From the IMG/VR virus record IMGVR_UViG_3300034355_001008: a stretch of 64,000 bases of DNA, one strand, 5' to 3'. Source of the DNA: a virus. Lineage: Duplodnaviria > Heunggongvirae > Uroviricota > Caudoviricetes. Shown here one piece after another: positions 29,640-39,691 of the stretch. Each line of letters starts with the position of its first letter. The stretch's first letter is position 1. Below the pieces are notes generated by a model. The model saw only the letters and a program-made list of their open reading frames with translations. It had not been told where the DNA came from and did no database searches. The position numbers and the translations under genes were made by a program.

Positions 29640-32600
29640 GTGGCTATATCACCGATTACATATTCTAATACATTTTCTCACTGGATGATAACAACAAATC
29701 AACTAGTGACAAATATGAACAACCTTCTTACCGGAGATTTCTTTAAAAATCTCGGAACATTATATTTAAATTCTCCTAATACTGGTTTATATGTAGCCAA
29801 TTCTTCTATTTTCGGAGGTAATGTTTCAATCTCAGGAACTTCAGGAAACCTTGTCGATATACAAAGCCCAACAATAATGTATGATACGCTTAGTATTTTT
29901 AAAAATATAAGTATATCCGCGTCAGGAAGTATTACTAGTAATACAGTTATTTCTTCTAATAATCTAATTTCGCGAACAGCCACAGTAAATACTTCTTTTG
30001 TTGCTGCTAATTCTATTAATTTATCCGGATTAATTTTAATTTCTGGTAATACAAACTTGTATGGAAATACCTATTCTTCTGGTAACACATATTTAACTGG
30101 ATTAATCTCTGCGTCTGGTAACACAAGTTTAGCTGGAAATACCTATGTATCCGGTAACGCATATTTAACTGGATTAATCTCTGTATCCGGTAATACTGCT
30201 CTATCTGGTAACACATATTTAACTGGATTAATCTCTGCGTCTGGTAACACAAGTTTAGCTGGAAATACCTATGTATCTGGTAACACATATTTAACTGGAT
30301 TAATCTCTGCGTCTGGTAACACAAGTTTAGCTGGAAATACCTATGTATCTGGACTAGTTTCCATTTCAGGTAATACAAATTTATCCGGTAATACAAATTT
30401 ATTAGGAAAAATAAATTTATCTGGAAATACAACTTTATCTGATAATACAACTTTATTTGGCAATACAAGCCTAACTGGAACTATTTCTGCCGTTTTAACG
30501 GGCAATACTAGTTTAACTGGAAATACAGCGTTATCTGGAAATACAAGTTTAACTGGAAATACAAGTTTAACTGGAAATACAAGTTTAACTGGAAATACTT
30601 ATGTAACTGGCAATACTAGTTTAACCGGAAATACAACTTTATCTGGAAATACAAGTTTAACTGGAAATACTTATGTAACTGGCAATACTAGTTTAACCGG
30701 AAATACAACTTTATCTGGAAATACAACTTTATCGGGAAATATATTATTTTATGATACAATAAAATCGGCCAATGCAAATTCAATTTTTACAAATGGTTCA
30801 ATTATTTCAAATACAATTATTGCAAGTAAAAACGTATTTGCCGATATATTAAAAGTAAATAGTACAATTTTAGCCACAAATGCTTCTATAGATTCACTAT
30901 TAACTTCAAATTTATATGTTACTGGAACATTTGTAAATTTTGGATCATCAGTAACAGATTCAAGCCAATATTTATTTCAAGCTAATACTGGATCAACAAC
31001 TAGTGGTAATACTGAAATTATAGTTAATAGATCTACATTACCAAGCGGTGCTAATGCAATACTTAGATGGTATAATGCAGGAAAAGAATGGCAATTAAGA
31101 GATGTTGATAATCCAAATATATTCAATAAAATAACAACTAAAAATGAATTAGATAATGCAAATACATTCTTGTATAATTATATCAATAATAAAATTGCAG
31201 GAAATAATGTTACATTCAGTAGCGATGTTATTATTTCCGGAAGTTTAACTGTAAATGGACCAACGACAACTTTAAATACAAATACATTATCAATTGACGA
31301 TAAAAATATAACATTGGGTGATGTAGTAGCTGTTGCTAATATACAATTATATGCTACTTCTACATCAAATGCAACAGTATTAGTATCTGGGTCAAACAAT
31401 ACTATTGGATTAATTCCAGGTATGATTATTGCGAAAATTAATTCTGGCATTGGTTCTCCAGGAGGAATTGTAACAATTCAAGCTATTGATGCAGCTAATA
31501 ACCAATTGACATTAAGCGCAAATAATGGAAATATTGGAGCGTTTGACGCAAGCATTAATGCAGCCTCAGATAATACTGCCAATGGTGGTGGTATTACTAT
31601 CAAAGGATCTACCGATAAAACTTTTAATTGGATAAATGGAGCTAATGCTTGGACGAGTTCAGAAAATTTAGCATTAATCAGCGGTAAAATTATAACATTA
31701 AATGGTTCATCTAGTGGATTTGTTAATATACAAACAAATTTAAATGCAAACAATGCAACGCTAACTTTGTCCGGGAATACAGGAACGCTAATTTCTACTG
31801 GAGATAGTAATACAGTTACTTCTTCAATGATTTCGGGAAGAACTGGAACCGGAAACACTCTAGTTTTGTCTACTAATGCAATATTAACCACTCCTAGTTT
31901 TTCTTCTGCAAATGGGGTTGCACCATTCTCTGTTGGTTCTAATACTAATATATCAAATCTTAATGCAGATTTGCTTGACGGACAACAGGGAACGTATTAT
32001 ACCGATTTAAGTAGTTTTGCCTTTACTCAGGCGAATACTGGCGTAACAGTTGCTCAATCTGCCTTTGGTCAAGCTAATGCAGCTTTTGGTCAAGCTAATA
32101 CTGGCGTAACAGTTGCTCAAGCAGCTTTTGGTCAAGCCAATGCAGCTTTTGCTGCTGCTAATACTGGGATAGTTGCTCAATCTGCCTTTGGTCAAGCCAA
32201 TGCAGCTTTTGGTCAAGCTAATACTGGCGTAACAGTTGCTCAGGCAGCTTTTAGTAAAGCTAATACTGGCGTAACAGTTGCTCAAGCAGCTTTTGCTGCT
32301 GCTAATACTGGGATAGTTGCTCAATCTGCCTTTGGTCAAGCCAATGCAGCTTTTGGTCAAGCTAATACTGGCGTAACAGTTGCTCAATCTGCCTTTGGTC
32401 AAGCTAATACTGGCGTAACAGTTGCTCAATCTGCCTTTGGTCAAGCTAATACTGGCGTAACAGTTGCTCAAGCAGCTTTTACTAAAGCAAATACAGGTGG
32501 AGTGGCGCTTTCAGATGACTCTTCTAGTAATATAAATCTCAATATATTATCAGCAACCACTTCTTCTGGAACGATAACAACTGCAACTACTTCTAGCGCC

Positions 32601-32912
32601 AAATTATATTTTAATCCTTCTACTGGTACATTAAACTCGACAAATTTTAATTCATTATCAGATAGCACAAAGAAAAATAATATTAACAAAATTGAAAATG
32701 CTCTAGATATTATTAGTAAAATTGATGGAGTTGAATTTGACTTTATAGACTCCAATCAACACTCTTCTGGCGTTATAGCTCAACAATTAGAAACAGTATT
32801 ACCTTTCTTAGTAACTACAGATGAATCCGGCATTAAATCCGTAAACTATTCAGGCCTATTTGGTTATCTAATTGAAGCCATTAAAGAACTAAAATATACT
32901 GTAGGTAAATAA
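29640..32912 (+). CDS. tail fibre protein with C-terminal intramolecular chaperone (peptidase S74-like)
   Basis: GTG start. GNTxLT and AFGQAN repeats, NLNADLLDGQ motif, and C-terminal SD...K.NI..I.NAL....I.GV.F...GVIAQ.LE.V.P.LV...KSVNY..L...LIEAIKEL. Confidence 0.88.
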   Translation: MAISPITYSNTFSHWMITTNQLVTNMNNLLTGDFFKNLGTLYLNSPNTGLYVANSSIFGGNVSISGTSGNLVDIQSPTIMYDTLSIFKNISISASGSITSNTVISSNNLISRTATVNTSFVAANSINLSGLILISGNTNLYGNTYSSGNTYLTGLISASGNTSLAGNTYVSGNAYLTGLISVSGNTALSGNTYLTGLISASGNTSLAGNTYVSGNTYLTGLISASGNTSLAGNTYVSGLVSISGNTNLSGNTNLLGKINLSGNTTLSDNTTLFGNTSLTGTISAVLTGNTSLTGNTALSGNTSLTGNTSLTGNTSLTGNTYVTGNTSLTGNTTLSGNTSLTGNTYVTGNTSLTGNTTLSGNTTLSGNILFYDTIKSANANSIFTNGSIISNTIIASKNVFADILKVNSTILATNASIDSLLTSNLYVTGTFVNFGSSVTDSSQYLFQANTGSTTSGNTEIIVNRSTLPSGANAILRWYNAGKEWQLRDVDNPNIFNKITTKNELDNANTFLYNYINNKIAGNNVTFSSDVIISGSLTVNGPTTTLNTNTLSIDDKNITLGDVVAVANIQLYATSTSNATVLVSGSNNTIGLIPGMIIAKINSGIGSPGGIVTIQAIDAANNQLTLSANNGNIGAFDASINAASDNTANGGGITIKGSTDKTFNWINGANAWTSSENLALISGKIITLNGSSSGFVNIQTNLNANNATLTLSGNTGTLISTGDSNTVTSSMISGRTGTGNTLVLSTNAILTTPSFSSANGVAPFSVGSNTNISNLNADLLDGQQGTYYTDLSSFAFTQANTGVTVAQSAFGQANAAFGQANTGVTVAQAAFGQANAAFAAANTGIVAQSAFGQANAAFGQANTGVTVAQAAFSKANTGVTVAQAAFAAANTGIVAQSAFGQANAAFGQANTGVTVAQSAFGQANTGVTVAQSAFGQANTGVTVAQAAFTKANTGGVALSDDSSSNINLNILSATTSSGTITTATTSSAKLYFNPSTGTLNSTNFNSLSDSTKKNNINKIENALDIISKIDGVEFDFIDSNQHSSGVIAQQLETVLPFLVTTDESGIKSVNYSGLFGYLIEAIKELKYTVGK
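30040..30745 (+). repeat. hexapeptide GNT(S/Y/T)L(T/S/A) repeat tract
   Basis: About 35-40 hexamer-like units, including 72-nt tandem copies at 30207 and 30279 and a further copy at 30081. Confidence 0.9.
32017..32496 (+). repeat. AFGQAN(A/TGVTVAQ) repeat tract
   Basis: Repeated GCCTTTGGTCAAGCTAATACTGGCGTAACAGTTGCTCAA-type units of 7 and 14 codons. Confidence 0.92.
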
Positions 32913-32914
32913 TT

Positions 32915-34072
32915 ATGGCATTTTATTATAGCGAAGGCGATTTACGCGATTCTTATATTACACAAACCGATATAGATAATTTACTTAGCGATTTAGGATC
33001 TTCTTTGTGGGCATGGGGAGGTAACAGCGGATTTACTTATGGAGAGCCGGCAAGTCAGTTCAGTACTACTCCTACATCGAGTCCAATACAAGTTGGGAGT
33101 TTACTGACATGGAAAAATATTGCTTGCGGAAGTTATCATACTGTAGCAACAAAAACTGATGGATCTTTATGGGCTTGGAGGTCAAACAATTATGGAACAT
33201 TAGGATTAGGCGATATCAATTATAGATCAAGTCCAGTACAAGTTGGATCGTTATTGACATGGAAGAATGTGTCTTGTGGAAGGTTCCACACTATGGCTAC
33301 AAAAACAGACGGATCTTTATGGGCTTGGGGAAGTAACCCGAATGGCCAGTTAGGATTAGGCGATCGTACTCATAGATCAAGTCCAGTACAAGTTGGTAGT
33401 TTATTGACCTGGAAGAATGTGTCATGCGGGAGTCAACACACTATGGCCACAAAAACCGATGGATCTTTATGGGCTTGTGGGTATAATGAAAACGGTCAGT
33501 TAGGATTAGGCGATATCAATTATAGATCAAGTCCAGTACAAGTTGGATCTTTATTGGACTGGAAGAATGTGACATGTGGAGCAAGGTACACGATAGCTAC
33601 AAAAATAGATGGGTCTTTGTGGTCTTGGGGGTATAATGGCTACGGTGAGTTAGGAATTAATATTCTTGCCTCTAGATCTAGTCCAGTACAAGTTGGATCT
33701 TTATTAACATGGAATAAAGTGGCATGTGGAGAAAATCACTTTATGGCTATAAAAACAGATGGGTCTTTATGGGCTTGCGGAAATAATTTTAAAGGTCAGT
33801 TAGGTGATTCTTCTTTTCTTCTTACATCAAGTCCAATACAAATTGGAAGTTTATTAACTTGGAAAAATATTGCATGCGGCGAGTTGTACACGATAGCTAC
33901 AAAAACCGATGGATCTTTATGGGCTTGTGGGTATAATGAAAAAGGTCGGTTAGGATTAGGCGATACTACCAATAGATCAAGTCCAGTACAAGTTGGATCT
34001 TTATTGACATGGAATACAGCAGCGTGCGGTTATAATCACACTGAAGTTACGCAAATATCAAAAAATTATTAG
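32915..34072 (+). CDS. RCC1/BLIP-II beta-propeller repeat protein A
   Basis: About seven 50-aa repeats RSSPVQVGSLLTWKNVxCGxxHTxATKTDGSLWAWGxNxxGQLGLGD. Confidence 0.9.
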   Translation: MAFYYSEGDLRDSYITQTDIDNLLSDLGSSLWAWGGNSGFTYGEPASQFSTTPTSSPIQVGSLLTWKNIACGSYHTVATKTDGSLWAWRSNNYGTLGLGDINYRSSPVQVGSLLTWKNVSCGRFHTMATKTDGSLWAWGSNPNGQLGLGDRTHRSSPVQVGSLLTWKNVSCGSQHTMATKTDGSLWACGYNENGQLGLGDINYRSSPVQVGSLLDWKNVTCGARYTIATKIDGSLWSWGYNGYGELGINILASRSSPVQVGSLLTWNKVACGENHFMAIKTDGSLWACGNNFKGQLGDSSFLLTSSPIQIGSLLTWKNIACGELYTIATKTDGSLWACGYNEKGRLGLGDTTNRSSPVQVGSLLTWNTAACGYNHTEVTQISKNY

Positions 34073-34081
34073 GATATAAAC

Positions 34082-34741
34082 ATGTATAATTTAATTAGCA
34101 ATAACACAATTATTTGGGGACCAATTGCATATTCAAAAACTAGATTTGAAGATGCTTTAGAAGAGTTAGGAATCACATATACATTGCCATATTCAATAGA
34201 TGACTATATCGTTATTGACGAAACTACAGGTATTTATCCAACTTTACCGATTATCGCGCCACAGCATGATGCATTTTTTGAAGAATTAGCTGGTCCCACC
34301 TTTATTATAGTAGACAATAAAGTTCAATACACTTACACTAAACAAGATCGCAACCTGGATCATATTAAATCGGATATGCAATCTATAATTGCAGGAAATC
34401 GCTGGAGATATGAAACTGCTGGTATTAACATTTTAGTTCAAGGTAATTTAGTTTGGGTTCCAACTGCTAAAGGAGATAGAGACGTTTTCTTACAATCAAT
34501 GCAATTAGGAATTGATAATGTAAATTGGAAATTTGACAAAATCTGGCTTACAATAACCAATACAGATTTAGCGGAAATCGTTGCAGCTATATTAGCTAAA
34601 GTTCAATCGTGTTTTGATTGGGAATCTGCGAAAAATTTAGAGATTAATGCTTGCGATACTATAATTAAATTGAAACAATTAGAATTAATTAACCCTGAAT
34701 GGGAACCAACTAAAATTGGCAATTTAGGTTTACATGAATAG
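34082..34741 (+). CDS. DUF4376-like tail-fibre-associated protein
   Basis: I...RW..E..GI and NWK.......L...DL..I.......VQ.CFDWE pattern; located in the fibre cluster. Confidence 0.65.
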   Translation: MYNLISNNTIIWGPIAYSKTRFEDALEELGITYTLPYSIDDYIVIDETTGIYPTLPIIAPQHDAFFEELAGPTFIIVDNKVQYTYTKQDRNLDHIKSDMQSIIAGNRWRYETAGINILVQGNLVWVPTAKGDRDVFLQSMQLGIDNVNWKFDKIWLTITNTDLAEIVAAILAKVQSCFDWESAKNLEINACDTIIKLKQLELINPEWEPTKIGNLGLHE

Positions 34742-34756
34742 GTATAGGAGAGAAAC

Positions 34757-35968
34757 GTGGCAATAAATTCTGGTTTTAGAGATGGTGGGTATGGTGAATT
34801 AATTACTAAAGACAAAATGCTTGCAAATTATTCATTTTTGATTCCATCTAATCTTTTAGGCGTCCAGTTAATGTCTTGGGGGTATAATGGTTATGGGCAA
34901 TTAGGATTAGGTGACCGTACCGATAGATTAAGCCCAGTACAAGTTGGATCTTTATTGGACTGGAAGAATGTGTCATGTGGATATCAGTACACTGTAGCTA
35001 CAAAAACCGACGGGTCTTTATGGGCTTGGGGAGGTAACTTTTCTGGATCGTTAGGATTAGGCGATACTACCAATAGATCAAGTCCAGTACAAGTTGGATC
35101 GTTATTGACATGGAAGAATGTGGCAGGAGGAGGTTTTCACACTATGGCCACAAAAACCGACGGGTCTTTATGGGCTTGGGGAAGTAACAATACAGGGAAT
35201 TTAGATTCAGGGCAATTAGGATTAGGAGATAGAATCGATAGATCAAGCCCAGTTCAAGTTGGAAGTTTATACACATGGAATAAGGTAGCGTGCGGCGGAT
35301 CAAATTACACTATGGCCATAAAAACAGACGGATCTTTATGGGCTTGGGGGAGTAATGACAGAGGGCAATTAGGATTAGGTAATGTATCTGGTACATTGAG
35401 CCCAGTACAAGTTGGCAGTTTACTAACTTGGAAGGACGTGTCGTGCGGAGAAAGACACACTATGGCCATAAAAACAGACGGATCTTTATGGGCTTGGGGA
35501 AATAATCAAGGTTATGCCCCTAATTTTTATGGCCAGTTAGGATTAGGTGATACTACTCATAGATCAAGCCCAGTACAAGTTGGATCTTTATTGGACTGGA
35601 AAAACGTGTCATGTGGTGCTTACCATACTATAGCTACAAAAACAGACGGATCTTTATGGGCTTGGGGAGGTAACGACTTCGGGCAGTTAGGTTTAGGCGA
35701 CATCAACGTGTCTAGATCAAGCCCAGTACAAGTTGGGAGTTTACTGACATGGAAAGATGCTAGATGTTCAAGTTTTAATAATATAGCTATAAAAACAGAT
35801 GGGTCTTTATGGGGTTGGGGAAATAATGGTAGCTCCGGAGAATTAGGATTAGGTATTACTGATTACGCTAAATATAGCCCAGTTCAAGTTGGATCTTTAA
35901 AAAACTGGAATAGTTTAGGAACTGGTCTAGGTAGAATTTCAGCGACTATGACTGCTGCAACTTGGTAA
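34757..35968 (+). CDS. RCC1/BLIP-II beta-propeller repeat protein B
   Basis: GTG start with AGGAG RBS; same 50-aa repeat with a few short insertions. Confidence 0.9.
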   Translation: MAINSGFRDGGYGELITKDKMLANYSFLIPSNLLGVQLMSWGYNGYGQLGLGDRTDRLSPVQVGSLLDWKNVSCGYQYTVATKTDGSLWAWGGNFSGSLGLGDTTNRSSPVQVGSLLTWKNVAGGGFHTMATKTDGSLWAWGSNNTGNLDSGQLGLGDRIDRSSPVQVGSLYTWNKVACGGSNYTMAIKTDGSLWAWGSNDRGQLGLGNVSGTLSPVQVGSLLTWKDVSCGERHTMAIKTDGSLWAWGNNQGYAPNFYGQLGLGDTTHRSSPVQVGSLLDWKNVSCGAYHTIATKTDGSLWAWGGNDFGQLGLGDINVSRSSPVQVGSLLTWKDARCSSFNNIAIKTDGSLWGWGNNGSSGELGLGITDYAKYSPVQVGSLKNWNSLGTGLGRISATMTAATW

Positions 35969-35973
35969 CTCAT

Positions 35974-36369
35974 ATGATATTATTAAACAAAATTTACCAA
36001 GACGATTCGTTAGCGGATTTAATCAAAGACTTAGAATTTGAAGATTTCCCTCATGGAAACATTATTCCTGAGTTCGAATATAATCCACCTGGAATTGAAG
36101 ACTTTTTAGAATCTATTTTACAATTTAAACCTGTGATTAGTAATTCTATATTCTTTAAACCTAATACTGGAATGATTATAAATCAACATTTTTCTTTGTA
36201 CATATGTTTGTCTGATGTTATTATGACAACTTATCGTGGTGATGAACAATACAATAAAATAGAAATTAAAAATGGACAAGCAATAATTTTGGAGCCAATG
36301 ATTTATCACAGTTTTGAATCAGAATTATTACAATATATAGAGTTTACAGGAGCAAACAATGCCAAGTAA
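35974..36369 (+). CDS. hypothetical protein, possibly a degenerate 2OG-Fe(II) oxygenase/cupin-like fold
   Basis: Ends G.AIIL.P..YHS, like the last strands of a double-stranded beta-helix; no clear HxD. ATG at 35974 assumed. Confidence 0.4.
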   Translation: MILLNKIYQDDSLADLIKDLEFEDFPHGNIIPEFEYNPPGIEDFLESILQFKPVISNSIFFKPNTGMIINQHFSLYICLSDVIMTTYRGDEQYNKIEIKNGQAIILEPMIYHSFESELLQYIEFTGANNAK

Positions 36370-37510
36370 TTATTTTGCAGAAGGAGTGGATTTAGTCCCT
36401 CAATTAGTAAGTCGAGAATATTATCCTTCTACAATATTACCAAATGGGTTATTCTCTTGTGGAGCTAACGGCTTAGGCCAATTAGGATTAGGCGATAATG
36501 CTATTTCTAGATCTAGCCCCGTACAAATTGGAAGTTTAACAACTTGGAATAAATTAGCATGCGGGAGTCAACACACTTTAGCTACAAAAACCGATGGATC
36601 TTTATGGGCTTGGGGATATAATGAATTTGGTCAGTTAGGATTAGGCGATCGTACTCATAGATCAAGTCCAGTACAAGTTGGATCATTATTGACATGGAAG
36701 AACGTATCATGTGGAGGAAAATATACTTTAGCTACAAAAACCGATGGATCTTTATGGGCTTGCGGATATAACTCTTCTGGAGAGTTAGGATTAGGCGATA
36801 CTACTTCAAGATCAAGTCCAGTACAAGTTGGTAGTTTATTGACCTGGAAGAATGTGGCATGCGGATACTTTCATACAGTAGCTACAAAAACCGATGGGTC
36901 TTTATGGGCTTGGGGATATAACTGGCAAGGGCAATTAGGATTAGGCGATAATATTGCTAGATCAAGTCCAGTTCAAGTTGGATCTTTATTAACTTGGGAT
37001 AAGGTAGCAGGCGGTGGCTACTACGTGTTAGCTACAAAAACCGATGGGTCTTTGTGGGCTTGGGGAGGTAATGAATATGGGCAATTAGGATTAGGCGATA
37101 CTACCTTTAGATCAAGCCCAGTTCAAGTTGGAAATTTATTGACTTGGAATAATCTATCAGGCGGATACTTTCATACAGTAGCTACAAAAACCGATGGGTC
37201 TTTATGGGCTTGGGGAACCAACACCCAAGGTGAGTTAGGATTAATCGATAGAATCAATAGATCAAGCCCAGTACAAGTTGGATCGCTATTAAACTGGAAT
37301 AAAATATCAAACGCGCCTACATCCTTTTCTACTAGAGCTATAAAAACCGATGGGTCTTCATGGGCTTGGGGATATAATGGTTATGGACAATTAGGATTAG
37401 GCGATACTACTTCAAGATCAAGTCCAGTACAAGTTGGTAGTTTATTGACCTGGAAGAATGTGGCATACAGTAATAGCTTCAGTGTAGCCGAAATAAAGTC
37501 CCAGTTTTAA
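36359..37510 (+). CDS. RCC1/BLIP-II beta-propeller repeat protein C
   Basis: Same 50-aa repeat, about seven copies. Confidence 0.9.
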   Translation: MPSNYFAEGVDLVPQLVSREYYPSTILPNGLFSCGANGLGQLGLGDNAISRSSPVQIGSLTTWNKLACGSQHTLATKTDGSLWAWGYNEFGQLGLGDRTHRSSPVQVGSLLTWKNVSCGGKYTLATKTDGSLWACGYNSSGELGLGDTTSRSSPVQVGSLLTWKNVACGYFHTVATKTDGSLWAWGYNWQGQLGLGDNIARSSPVQVGSLLTWDKVAGGGYYVLATKTDGSLWAWGGNEYGQLGLGDTTFRSSPVQVGNLLTWNNLSGGYFHTVATKTDGSLWAWGTNTQGELGLIDRINRSSPVQVGSLLNWNKISNAPTSFSTRAIKTDGSSWAWGYNGYGQLGLGDTTSRSSPVQVGSLLTWKNVAYSNSFSVAEIKSQF

Positions 37511-37548
37511 TATATATAATTATATTATTAACAACAGAGAATTATATT

Positions 37549-38316
37549 ATGAAAGAATACAACTTCATTACGGGATTACCTCGTTCAGGAACTACATTAT
37601 TATCAACAATATTAAATCAAAATCCAGATTTTAATGCATCTATCTCAGGTCCAGTTGCTAGATTTACCAGAGCAATTATTGAACAATCATCTGATCAAGG
37701 TGGTTATAGATTTCAATGCACAGAATTAAAACGTAAAGCAATTATTAAATCTATCTTTGATACATATTTTGAAGGCGATAAAGTACATTTTGATACAAAT
37801 CGTGGATATCCATTAATGTTACCATTATTGAAGGATTTATTTCCTCAAGCTAAGGTAATTGTTTGTGTTAGAGAGATTAGATGGATTTTAGATTCATTCG
37901 AAACGTTGATTAGAAAAAATCCATATACAGCTTCTAGTATGTTTTCCCCTGAAGAAAACGTTAATGTTTATACAAGAACTCAGACATTATTAAGTGATAA
38001 TAGAACTCTTGGGTTTGCGTATCATGCATTAAAACAAGGGTATTTTTCAACAGAACGATCAATGATGTTAATAGTAGATTATGAAAATTTAGCTAAAAAT
38101 CCTAAAGTTGAGATGCAACGAATTTACAAATTTATAGAAAAACCGTATTTCGAACATAATTTTGATGACGTGGAATTTTCATTTGATGAATTTGATGCCG
38201 ATGTTAATATGCCTGGATTACATACTACCAGAAAGAAAGTATCATTTATTAATAGACCATGTATTATTCCGCCAGATATTCAACAGCATGTAAAAGGTAT
38301 GGAATTCTGGAAATAA
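37549..38316 (+). CDS. PAPS-dependent sulfotransferase family protein
   Basis: 5'-PSB loop ITGLPRSGTTLL, 3'-PB-like CVRE...ILDSF, and V.YE.L...P motif. Confidence 0.85.
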   Translation: MKEYNFITGLPRSGTTLLSTILNQNPDFNASISGPVARFTRAIIEQSSDQGGYRFQCTELKRKAIIKSIFDTYFEGDKVHFDTNRGYPLMLPLLKDLFPQAKVIVCVREIRWILDSFETLIRKNPYTASSMFSPEENVNVYTRTQTLLSDNRTLGFAYHALKQGYFSTERSMMLIVDYENLAKNPKVEMQRIYKFIEKPYFEHNFDDVEFSFDEFDADVNMPGLHTTRKKVSFINRPCIIPPDIQQHVKGMEFWK

Positions 38317-38338
38317 CATATAAACGAGAAATTATAGT

Positions 38339-39691
38339 ATGACGTTGTTAGAAATAGCTATGTTTTTGCATGACAATAATAAAAGTAATTTGGCGCGCGA
38401 ATTACTTAAAACTTTTGAATTACATGCATTTACGATAGAGCAAATGGATGAAATTATTGTAATTTACGATAAACTTCATTTTTATCAAGAAGTTATAGAC
38501 TTAGCAATTAGAGAATTAGAGATTGCTACCGAGCAAGAAGAATATTTTATTAAAGTTAATTTAACTCGAGTTTATAATTTATTAAATGAGCCACATAAAT
38601 CATTGGAATTGTCAAACTGGGTGCTTAATAAAACCCCCAATAATGAAGATGTGTTAATTGAAAAGTCTATATCTTTATCATTGTTAAATAATAGGGATGA
38701 AGCTAATAAGCTTTTATTAGAACTTGAACAAAAGTCTAATAATTCAGCAATTCGTAATGCAGTCAAACATAATCTTACCGCATATTATCTATCAAGACAT
38801 GAATTTAATAAAGGGTTGTCTTGTATTTGGGATAACTCTAAACCTAAAGAAACCAATAAATACAATTTCGATTATTGGGATAAAACTCCTATTCAAGATG
38901 CAGTATTATTAATTGAATCTTATGGCGGATATGGCGATGAAATTATTAACATAAGATTTCTTGAAAATATTAAAGCGTTAGGTATGATCCCAGTATGGAA
39001 GACTCATAGAAAAGATATTCGAGATATTATTATTAGAATGGGATATCAAGCAATCGAACACGTGACTGAATTAGACTCAACCAAATATACAGTTTGGTGT
39101 GTTTCTATGAGATTACCGTACCTATTAAATCTAGATGAACATGAAATTGATAAAGGACCTTACTTAACAGCTACTCCTGAATCTATCGAAAAGTTTAAAC
39201 AATATAGAGGTTGCGTTGGTATTAAATATTATGGAGAAATAGGATACGAACATAATTTACATCGAACTCTAGATTTAGACGAATTAGTATCTAATATTTC
39301 GGAACAAGCAGTATTAGTTTCATTACATCAAGAACCAATTCATTCCAACATTAGACCAATAATTGATTTATCGGCTAAATTAAAAACATTTGATGATACT
39401 CTAGGATTAATATATAATTTAGATTATGTCGTTTCCAGCTGTACTTCTGTGCCTCATGCAGCTGGAGCATTAGGAAAAGAAACTTATATTTTTACTCCAA
39501 TATTTGAATACTATCTATGGAGTTCAACAACAGATACATCAACTATCTGGTATAAGAATACGACTCTATTAAGACAAATTAAATGGAAATCATGGGCAGA
39601 ACCAATGAATCAACTCAAATCGAAATTAGAAATCAGACAAGTATATGGAAATTCCACCATTTCCCTACCTAACAATAACAATTTATTATGA
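38339..39691 (+). CDS. TPR-repeat plus GT9-like glycosyltransferase
   Basis: Helical TPR-like N-half. GGYGDEI..IRF (cf. EQG.GD.IQF.R) and LDYVVS.CTSVPHAAGALGK (cf. LDLVI.VDTS.AHLAGALG) motifs. Confidence 0.78.
   Translation: MTLLEIAMFLHDNNKSNLARELLKTFELHAFTIEQMDEIIVIYDKLHFYQEVIDLAIRELEIATEQEEYFIKVNLTRVYNLLNEPHKSLELSNWVLNKTPNNEDVLIEKSISLSLLNNRDEANKLLLELEQKSNNSAIRNAVKHNLTAYYLSRHEFNKGLSCIWDNSKPKETNKYNFDYWDKTPIQDAVLLIESYGGYGDEIINIRFLENIKALGMIPVWKTHRKDIRDIIIRMGYQAIEHVTELDSTKYTVWCVSMRLPYLLNLDEHEIDKGPYLTATPESIEKFKQYRGCVGIKYYGEIGYEHNLHRTLDLDELVSNISEQAVLVSLHQEPIHSNIRPIIDLSAKLKTFDDTLGLIYNLDYVVSSCTSVPHAAGALGKETYIFTPIFEYYLWSSTTDTSTIWYKNTTLLRQIKWKSWAEPMNQLKSKLEIRQVYGNSTISLPNNNNLL

Noticed and set aside
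32915-37510. Diversity-generating retroelement acting on the RCC1 genes
   Set aside because: No reverse transcriptase or non-coding template repeat is present in the window, and differences between repeats are not restricted to adenines.
32915-37510. CRISPR-like array (conserved repeats with variable spacers)
   Set aside because: The repeats are in-frame 150-nt protein-coding units within ORFs.
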